DNA of 58,311 nucleotides, filler included, from Trypethelium eluteriae (Eukaryota): NCBI GenBank assembly GCA_051942245.1. It is 3 parts of 3 records of this genome, joined end to end, with 100 filler letters (N's around TTAATTAATTAA, not from the genome) between each part and the next. Parts side by side here need not be neighbours in the genome. Positions count along the whole stretch, not along the records: positions 38,981 to 58,311 come from JAVECL010000531.1; 2 more parts are not named here. One strand, 5' to 3'. The position numbers were made by a program, and so were the translations under genes. How positions within the stretch are numbered: position 1 is the stretch's first letter; every line of letters starts with the position of its first letter. The notes below the pieces were generated by a model that was not told the DNA's origin, did not search any database, and saw only the letters and a list, made by a program, of their open reading frames with translations. Positions 50,139 to 58,311 of this stretch are shown here, in pieces.

Positions 50139-51920
50139 ATGACCGCTACCTTGCCATGTACTTGTTCCATGACCACCTTCCTTAGGTTTCAGCAAACACC
50201 AGTGCTTTTGCTAGACAAGAGCACAATGCGATCGGAGAACTTTAAGGGCACAACTGTTCAAAAAACTGTTGAGTTGACGATGGACGATCAGGGTAGTCCG
50301 CTTTATGAAGTGCCACCTATCTTAAGACAAGCAAGCAGTGAAGCTTTCAGAAAGGAAAGGACAAAACGGCCAAAGACTACGTATAGTCTCGCGCACCCGC
50401 CCCCTGGCGGGAAAATACCGCTACGCCCCAAGGTTCTTTTGCAATTACAAAAAGTTGCACCTAACACACGGTCTGTGCCGGCATTTGAGGTGCTCTCTGT
50501 GGCGGCGTTTACTTTCAAAACTGGTCGAGCTATCAAGTCTCTGTGGTCTGGAAAAAGTCGTATCCGGCCCGAAGATCTCGTGGTATTGCAAGGCCAAGAC
50601 TACTCGAACAACGGATCCGCCCCAACGGAGCCAAAGAGAGGTAGCTCAAGACATGTGGTTGGCGTTATTTGCAGACGGAAAGGGGCAGGCAAGGGAGCAA
50701 CCTCACGGACGGAAATATGTCTTGAAGATGGATCTGTGTGGGATGCAACCGCCATGTCCAATGGAGGCTATGAGTTCAATTCTCAACAGGAGCATGGCCT
50801 GACGTCCAGTGCTCGATGGGTCCGCAGACATCCCGCTAAACCAATTGAGAAATCACCGACACCCAATATTGGTGTCCCGGAACAAAAAGTCGAAGACCGG
50901 TCATTCATGTTCACAAAGATCACGCCCAACATGCGTCAGCATCCTATCGTCGGATGCATGAATCGCACGAAACTTGAAGTCTACGATCAGTACAGTGTCC
51001 CAAGTGCATCAAACACAGATCGTATCCCCGGGACCACACGCCCTAAACGACTCGCGCGCCAAAAGAGCTCGAGCTCATTCTCCATCCTGGAAGGTGGTGA
51101 AGGGGTCGTGCCTGTCACAACGGAGAGCTCTTTACGTGATCTGATTCTTGTCAGTGGAATTTTGGTCGCCTTTCGAGAAGGATGGTCAAGCATGGTCAAA
51201 TTCGAAGAAGAGCGTGATCATTGCTCGCGCCCCTCGTCACCACCGCATACACGAACTCACCGTCGATGTCCGTCAGATCAAACGCTCTCTACATCAAGCG
51301 AAAGTGGTGCTCCTCAAGCTCCACCAAATGATACGGGAGTTAAAAATGGCGTCAAGAGAAGGCTAATGCGAACTGGATCAAAGATTTGGAATCGCTCTTC
51401 GAGTTCTGGAGTGCCAGGCCCAAACACTCCTACCAAGGATACGACTCCATTACCTCCTCCCCCGAGTTCGACTTCCACAGGCGTAGCTTTTATCAGAAAA
51501 GTTAATCGCAGCGACCCGAACGGGATTACCCCAGCATCCAACCCTCACATCTCCAATTCATTCCATTCGTCCCAAATCGGGTTAGGCATCGAAGGAAATG
51601 AGGCCATCGCCTCGCCCGCGTTTTATGCTATCCTTCCTCAATCGGCCTCTGAAAACCCGCGCTCCATATCTTCTGAATATGAGACCCGTCTCGAAGCACC
51701 CAACGAGGATATCGAGGATGCGGCGAATGATAATTCGAATCTGAACGAAGACGCTACTTGTGGACCGCAAACGGGACAAGAAGTCGAAAATGACGACGGT
51801 TTGGTGTCAAGTACTGAGACAAGTACCGCGAGGAAAGAGCCGGAATCGGAGACCAGTTATCTGTACAAACCCTTGAAAGACATACTTAATGCATTTAAGA
51901 AAAGTAGTGGACTCGCATGA
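50139..51920 (+). CDS. Conserved hypothetical fungal protein (start codon uncertain: 50139, 50226 or 50280)
   Basis: About 590-aa uninterrupted ORF. Structured N-half (TTYSLAHPPP..RPKVLLQLQ, GGYEF, ARWV, ILVSGILVAFREGW) and S/P-rich tail. Confidence 0.75.
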   Translation: MTATLPCTCSMTTFLRFQQTPVLLLDKSTMRSENFKGTTVQKTVELTMDDQGSPLYEVPPILRQASSEAFRKERTKRPKTTYSLAHPPPGGKIPLRPKVLLQLQKVAPNTRSVPAFEVLSVAAFTFKTGRAIKSLWSGKSRIRPEDLVVLQGQDYSNNGSAPTEPKRGSSRHVVGVICRRKGAGKGATSRTEICLEDGSVWDATAMSNGGYEFNSQQEHGLTSSARWVRRHPAKPIEKSPTPNIGVPEQKVEDRSFMFTKITPNMRQHPIVGCMNRTKLEVYDQYSVPSASNTDRIPGTTRPKRLARQKSSSSFSILEGGEGVVPVTTESSLRDLILVSGILVAFREGWSSMVKFEEERDHCSRPSSPPHTRTHRRCPSDQTLSTSSESGAPQAPPNDTGVKNGVKRRLMRTGSKIWNRSSSSGVPGPNTPTKDTTPLPPPPSSTSTGVAFIRKVNRSDPNGITPASNPHISNSFHSSQIGLGIEGNEAIASPAFYAILPQSASENPRSISSEYETRLEAPNEDIEDAANDNSNLNEDATCGPQTGQEVENDDGLVSSTETSTARKEPESETSYLYKPLKDILNAFKKSSGLA

Positions 51921-52335
51921 TGTCCACATTTAGCGATGTATAACTAGCGCAGAGAATCAATCAATAAGATACCAGCAAAACTTTTCACAATAGCAGCACT
52001 TACTATGAGAAGACTTCTCCCCTGTGAATCCAGCACTTCGGTACGTATTCCGCGTTTAGCCTTCCCCAATGACCTTAAGATGTTATCGATGCCAAGAAGA
52101 TCCGCTATTGGTAAGTCCACATCCATGTCCATGTCTATGGCGGATGTCGCGCAAGGGTCCAGTGCGTTGCCCCGCAACCCTAGTACCACAACAATCGCGG
52201 GACCGAAAGTGGCGGGGAGCATGCCACGTCAAGTTACAGGCATCGTACAGAAACAAGAATATCTCCTCAAGAATGTTTTATCCGCCAAGCACTATCTTCA
52301 AAGCATGAATTAAGAAAAACAGAGACTTTGACAAC

Positions 52336-55020
52336 ATGGAATATCCTGCCGCGCAGGAACGGCCCCCCCACCGGAGGGCTAAATCTTCGGTTTTGAAGTC
52401 AATCATGGTCACCAGAAGCCACAAAAAGACCCCATCCGAAGGTGCAATCGATCCACCGCCCATAAACAGCTCGATCGAGACGGACCCGGTTTATTCACGA
52501 GATATCATCTCTTCTACGTCGAATCCCGAACCTGTCCACAACCCCTTAGGTGAAATCCAACCAAATGCAAACAGACACGCTCCTTCACCGAAGAAAGAGA
52601 AAGGATACAAGAGCTCAAAATCTCCCCACAAGTCGAAGAGCTCGATGTCAGTCAAAGGTTTATTTGACGGTTCCCACGGACCGGAAGGTGGTCGGAAATC
52701 ATCCGAGCGAAGTCGCAAGAAAGAAAATGCCTCCCCAGAAAAGCCAAAGAAGTCGAAGTCGTCCACGAGTCTGTCTTCCGTGTTCATGAAAGCAAATAAA
52801 TCGTCAAAAGGTTCACAGAATGCCTGGCGGGGTAAAGAGAAGGAAAATACGACACCACCAACATCTGCCGTCTCCGATGCCCAGACTCCTATCTGGGCCC
52901 AGTTTGCTAAGGGAGGGCTTGAAGATTGTAGCAGCACTTTATTTTCTCCACCAAAGTCTCACGATGCGGCTTTGGAATTGAAGTCGCCATATTCTCCCAT
53001 AGATTATACAACTGCAGAGCAAGGCCATAGCAAAGGCCACAGTGAGCAAACTCCACGGCAGCTCCGTGTGGAGTCGGCACAGGTGAATCCAGGCTTTGGA
53101 ACAAAAATTCCTGATGAACAGAGAGGTGAAAGGAGAGCTCGAAGCCATTCGCGTCCAGATTGCGAGAAACGAAATTCCCGGGTCATGGCAGCGATTGCCG
53201 CCCTCACTGGAAATGGCAAGATTCTGGAGGCTGACACGAGTGATGCAAGCTTCAAGATCCAAGGGAAAGAGCTTGATGCCGCTTTTGAGGCTGTACTCAA
53301 TGAACGCAACGTCCCTGAAAATATGAGGACAGGAATGAGAGGTTTGACGGCCAGAGTGAAGATAGATTTCATCATGAATAGTCGTCAAGCACCACCGGGA
53401 GCAGTAGAAAACAGGGCAATCAAGTCAGAAGAAAAAACCAGCAACAGAAGAGGTCGGTCCAAAGCTCCAACGTCAGCAGGCTCGGACGGCTCCAAGACGG
53501 AAGTGCGAACATCAGAAGCGCAGGAGAACTCAGCCGCAGGCACGAATAAGCATCAGAGGTCACGAAGCAAGACGTTCATGTTTAACAAGGATTCCCTTTC
53601 CCCAACGAAGAAGCGAAAGGATTCACAAGAAATCGACTCCTCGCAGCTTGAGTCTGTGAGCATGCATAAGTCTTCATCGTCCAAGTCTCTGGCTTCGATG
53701 GGGAGTCAGAGCAACGGGTATACATCTATTGACCGCAAAACACCAAAGTCACCGGAGCCGGAAGAGTTTGTGAGCTATCTGCGCAAGGTCCAAAGACCAG
53801 AGGTTGTAGAAGTTGGAAAGCTACATAAATTGCGCCTGCTACTACGAAACGAGACGGTAAGTTGGGTGGATAACTTCATACAGCAAGGTGGGATGGCAGA
53901 GATTACTGGATTGCTACACCGAATCATACAAGTGGAGTGGAGAGAAGAACATGAGGATCAACTTCTCCATGAAGTGTTGCTTTGCTTGAAGGGCCTTTGC
54001 ACAACTGATCTGGCGTTAAGGAAACTTTGCGAAATACAGAGCACTCTTTTCCCCGCTCTTTTAAAGATGATCTTTGATGAGGAAAAGAAAGGCCCGAGCG
54101 AGTTCACGACGAGAGGAATAGTGATCAATTTGCTTTGTAAGTTTACACATGCATCAATCAGATATGCAGATTGGATGATGTTCTTTGGATGCAACACTAA
54201 CTCGCCCTCAGTCACGCATCTAGCTGCTGCGATTCCAGCAGGGATCGAAGAACGAACGAGTACAATACTCTCGTACCTTCGTGATCCTCAACCCTCTGAA
54301 GATAGTCGACCGTTGAACTTCATAATGGAGATGCATCAATCACGGCCATACCGCGTATGGTGCAAGGAGATTGTCAGTGTCACCAAAGAGGTGTTCTGGA
54401 TTTTTTTGCACCATCATAATGTCATCCCATTGGGCCAATGCTCCCCTGAGGGAGACACAACGAAGCAGCCTTACGACATGGGGGAGGAAAAGAAAATCGG
54501 AGAGCCATCCAAGGGAGGAACCTACATGTCGAAACATTTCCCGAAGGCTCGGGCACCCGTACCAGCCGCTCCCTACATCGGTGGTGTGGAGTGGGATGCA
54601 ACCAACTACATCGCCGCGCACCTAGATCTTATGAATGGTCTCATTGCATCCCTTCCTACAGTTCAGGATCGGAACGAGCTGCGCAGTGAGCTGCGGGCTT
54701 CGGGCTTTGAAAAGTGCATGGGCCTTTCGCTTCGTACGTGTAAAGAGAAGTTCTACGGGGCCGTGCATGACTGCTTGAGGACATGGATTACGGCGGCGGC
54801 AGAGGATGGATGGGCGATCGAAGATGTGAGATTTGGTCCCAAGAAGGAAGACGTGAGTCCTAAGAAGAGTCCGGCAAAGAGCAGAGGGAGTCCTTTGAAG
54901 AAGGACCAAGGCTTAGACGCGCTCAAGCTGGACGTGGGAACGCCAAAGCTAGAGCTCGGATTAGGTCTTGATGGTGCAGGAGTTCACAACCTGGCCGATG
55001 ACGGGTTGGGATGGTTATGA
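52336..55020 (+). CDS. Formin-type GTPase-binding-domain (Drf_GBD/armadillo) protein without FH2
   Basis: Disordered S/K-rich N-terminus, then LHKLRLLLRNETVSWV..FI..GG, EWREEHED.LLHE.LLCLK, EEKKGPSEFTTR, PYRVWCKE and APYIGGVEWDATNY. In-frame intron 54137-54211. Confidence 0.82.
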   Translation: MEYPAAQERPPHRRAKSSVLKSIMVTRSHKKTPSEGAIDPPPINSSIETDPVYSRDIISSTSNPEPVHNPLGEIQPNANRHAPSPKKEKGYKSSKSPHKSKSSMSVKGLFDGSHGPEGGRKSSERSRKKENASPEKPKKSKSSTSLSSVFMKANKSSKGSQNAWRGKEKENTTPPTSAVSDAQTPIWAQFAKGGLEDCSSTLFSPPKSHDAALELKSPYSPIDYTTAEQGHSKGHSEQTPRQLRVESAQVNPGFGTKIPDEQRGERRARSHSRPDCEKRNSRVMAAIAALTGNGKILEADTSDASFKIQGKELDAAFEAVLNERNVPENMRTGMRGLTARVKIDFIMNSRQAPPGAVENRAIKSEEKTSNRRGRSKAPTSAGSDGSKTEVRTSEAQENSAAGTNKHQRSRSKTFMFNKDSLSPTKKRKDSQEIDSSQLESVSMHKSSSSKSLASMGSQSNGYTSIDRKTPKSPEPEEFVSYLRKVQRPEVVEVGKLHKLRLLLRNETVSWVDNFIQQGGMAEITGLLHRIIQVEWREEHEDQLLHEVLLCLKGLCTTDLALRKLCEIQSTLFPALLKMIFDEEKKGPSEFTTRGIVINLLCKFTHASIRYADWMMFFGCNTNSPSVTHLAAAIPAGIEERTSTILSYLRDPQPSEDSRPLNFIMEMHQSRPYRVWCKEIVSVTKEVFWIFLHHHNVIPLGQCSPEGDTTKQPYDMGEEKKIGEPSKGGTYMSKHFPKARAPVPAAPYIGGVEWDATNYIAAHLDLMNGLIASLPTVQDRNELRSELRASGFEKCMGLSLRTCKEKFYGAVHDCLRTWITAAAEDGWAIEDVRFGPKKEDVSPKKSPAKSRGSPLKKDQGLDALKLDVGTPKLELGLGLDGAGVHNLADDGLGWL

Positions 55021-55437
55021 GCAACGAATCTATTTTTCTGGTCTGGTACTTCTACATTGCATGGCGTTCCCGTTTTTGTCGGCGCATGACTCACAAATTG
55101 CATCATGCTCGAAGGAATTCTTTGGATAGGAGACAGACTGATAGCATATTTACGCAGGTGTGACTCCAAGCATTTGAAACTTGAGTGACTAAATAATAAT
55201 GTCCTCGCTTTGAGATCTCACGCTTGAGGTGAGTACCTACCTTAAGGTACCAAGCACGAGCTCCTCGGGCTCCTCGGCGCTAATGTGATAATTGCCTATC
55301 TCGGAGATGATCGGCGGTGTTGCACCTAAGCACGCCAAGGTGCAAACGTCGACGCCGCACAACCCTTGGCTCACTGTTACTCAAATCACCCGCCTCACTT
55401 CTTAGGTAGGCTCGACTGCTGAATTACTATGTGAGAA

Positions 55438-57830
55438 ATGGCTTGGACCTTCGACTATGGTGACGGTTTCGTGCCATTTCTGCAGGATGAAAACCCTGGC
55501 GGTCCTGGAAACGATGGAGGCACAACTACTCCGAGATCAAAATTAGCTGAACTCAGGGCCAAACTCATTGCACGAAGGAATGCAGGCTCCATTACGCCTG
55601 TGAACGGGACTTCGTCTCACCATTCTGAGGACGCTCTCACGACAGTCAAGCCAGACGCAATGGAATCAACTGCTGCGCCTGTTGTCTCCGAAGTGGACGC
55701 GAGCTTGGATATCAACGCCCTTCTTGCAGAGGGTCGTGCCGCCGCGGATGCTAAATCCAAACCTAAGAAATCGATTCATCAGCGCAAAGAAGATACGCAG
55801 AGTCAACATGGTAGCTCGAACTCCGTCCTACCGAACCAATCTACCGTGCCAAACCAGCAACAACCACTTTCTGGTGCAAAGCCGGGCAGTCGCCAACAGC
55901 ATAGGTTAATCGAATCCGCCGATACTGGGAAGGTTCGCGAGGGCGTCGCAGAGACGTCTCCAATCAATGTGAATGCAGACGAGAAAGTCGAAACGCGAAC
56001 AAGCCTTCGCTCGAGGCCGGCGGCTAGAGATGCAGCCCCACAAAATTGCAATTCACCAGCACCGGTAAGTGATCTTCCAATTACTAGTTGAGTTCGCGGT
56101 TTCATCCCAGGAAATGGGCCATTGCATTAGATAGTGCCATAAGAACTGTCGACGAGCTACACCAGCCTTCAATTTGACAACCTCCGACTTGAAAATCTAG
56201 AGGAGCCCTATCAGATGTATAAAGTCAAGATAGGATATCAGGCAGAAGTCTTCTAAAGAAACTTCCTCGATATCTTATTTGGCGCTTTTTCTGACCTCGT
56301 GCAAGGATTCACTGGGGAAGCCTCCCATACCTATGCAGGTTAACAACTTGGTCACGTCTGATAGCACCAACATTACTTGTCTCGCTCCCTGGTGGTCGCT
56401 AACATTTAGACAGCAGACAACGCCGGCCATGGATGGCCAGATCCCGGATCACCTTTACGAATGGCTAGAAATGACTGGCTGGTTTGATGAGCATTATCGC
56501 GAAAGGGCTTTAAATCGTCATAGAAGGCGCAAGAAATTGAGCCACGAGTTGGCTAAACTCGCCCAAGAGGACGAAGCTGACAGAGGCTTCTTGGCGCAAG
56601 CTCGATCCGCAAGTGTGGCAGAAATATGCAACCCCTCAATGAAGCCAACGCCCTTGGATGATCAGCCTCGTACACTGACTGAGGCTTCGTCGCCTCTTCT
56701 CGAAAAAGATGCGCAGAGAGGCAGGAAGCGATCTTTTTCGACAGCGCAACGTAATCGCGAGTCGCAAGGATCAGTCCAGAAATTCGCGCGCAATGATCAT
56801 GCGGATCGACCTCGACATGTATCAGACTCGCGAGTAAAGAATCACAATGAGCATCCAGGTTATCGCGTTAAGGGAGCTGTAGGTGATTCCATTGCTCAAC
56901 GTCGCCGGACATCCCGCGTTGAAAGTGGCATGAACGGAAGTCCAAATCTACAATCGAAAGGTACGAGTCCTCGCATCGTGGCCAAACGTGCTGCAGATGG
57001 ACGACTAATTTGCTCGTAGAGCTCTTTGATCGTCGACTATCCGATCGTATCGATCGATGCAATGACAGCTGCTCGATCAACTACGAAGGCCAACACTCTT
57101 ACGACGGACAACATGACGCTGGACCCGCTACCAGATGGAATGAACGAAGCATAACTGCTAACTCAAGGCAAACGCAGGACTACAAACTCTCCCCGCGTGA
57201 TAAAATGCACTTCTCTCCAAGACTCTTCAAATCGGATCCCCGGTTCAACCATACTAGTACTAATACCGAGAGCGACGCAGTATCCTTGGAACTTGACAAA
57301 GGCGGTCAGTCAAGAGACTCTTCACCCCAAGCGACACATTCAAATTAAGTACGTTGCTGATCTCTCAAACTTTAGGAGTTCGATACTTTATGATCAAATC
57401 ATGGAACCACGACAATGTGTCAATAGCTCAACATGACAGCACCTGGGCAACTCAGGAGAAGAACAGCAGCCTATTTGAGGAAGCCTTCAATAACTCTCGA
57501 CACGTTATACTCTTCTTTTCTGTTAACAAGAGCATGGCATTCCAGGGCTATGCACGCATGGAATCGCGACCAGGTACAGCAGAGCCTCCACCATGGACAA
57601 AAGATTTGAAGTGGAATACCTCCCCGCCCTTTAGTATTCGCTGGATCACAATTGCAACTACACACTTTCGACTGGTGGGCCATCTGAAAAACTCATATAA
57701 TGAAGGACAGGCTGTTTTGGTGGGGCGCGATGGACAGGAAATTGAAGCAGAATGCGGCGCGGAACTTTGCAGGATAATTGATGAGGAGAGTCAAGCTAAT
57801 CGAACCTGGCACTACCGAAATGGCCACTGA
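55438..57830 (+). CDS. YTH-domain RNA-binding protein (YTHDC1/Mmi1-type), 4 exons
   Basis: Introns 56065-56413, 56961-57019 and 57305-57375 link the track ORFs in frame. YTH domain RYFMIKSWN..WATQ..VILFFSVNKS.AFQGYARM..F.IRW..HLKN..N..V..GRDGQEI. Confidence 0.85.
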
Positions 57831-57955
57831 GAGAATGCTAGACTAAACCAAAACGAACCAGGAAGAGGAAACACAGCAGCCAAAGACAAAATAACCAGAA
57901 AGAAAGGGGGTGAAGGAGTACTCAACTATCGATGATATTGAGGATGCTACCCAAG

Positions 57956-57972
57956 AAAAAAAAAAAAAAAAA
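57956..57972 (+). repeat. Poly-A tract (17 nt)
   Basis: Directly visible downstream of the YTH gene stop. Confidence 0.9.
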
Positions 57973-58311
57973 CACAACGGATGGAACTAACTCGGGAATG
58001 ATCTCCTTGATTTTTGCTTATTCTTGCTCAATCTTGCTACAACTTGCTTAAATGGACATTTACCCCAAGATAACCCTGTATACCTAAGTAGCAACCAAAT
58101 CAGAATCTATTGCAGTCCTCTCTATCCGTCAACCTCGTCCATCTATCTGTCCAAATGTCTATCGTACGAGAATCCAACGATATATCATCTTCCTTTCCCA
58201 GTTCTCACTCCATCACAGCGCAGCATCGAGGAATTGCGCTGATCTGTCCTCCGTCCATACATACCAAGCACAACAAAACCTTCACTCCAATACCTCCCCA
58301 AAAAGAGCCAC

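Noticed and set aside
52005..52313. 102-aa ORF upstream of the GBD gene
   Set aside because: No motifs and no convincing splice link; at most a uORF.

Overview
Filamentous ascomycete (Pezizomycotina) genomic scaffold with GT-AG introns and CTRAY branch points. It has about 21 intact or near-intact protein-coding genes and two 100-nt N gaps carrying an artificial TTAATTAATTAA spacer. Left arm: BYE1, a ZNF830-like zinc-finger gene, an aspartic protease, an SDR, a putative organosulfur-scavenging trio (Liz1/Seo1-type MFS, FMO, TauD), two membrane proteins and a 'gp1-like' conserved gene. The centre (about 26.3-37 kb) is the most interesting part. It holds a spliced U3 snoRNA gene that the ORF track does not show, two degraded gene relics, and a HET-NACHT NLR-like gene with no recognisable sensor repeat and an acidic repeat tail. 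That NLR-like gene lies about 1.5 kb downstream of a het-c orthologue, an arrangement reminiscent of Neurospora het-c/pin-c. Right arm: alpha/beta hydrolase, P450, Zn2Cys6 factor (needs a 4-nt microexon), aldo-keto reductase, zinc dehydrogenase, GPI18, a conserved hypothetical, a formin GTPase-binding-domain protein and a YTH-domain protein. All calls come from manual translation and motif recognition; no database searches were run.
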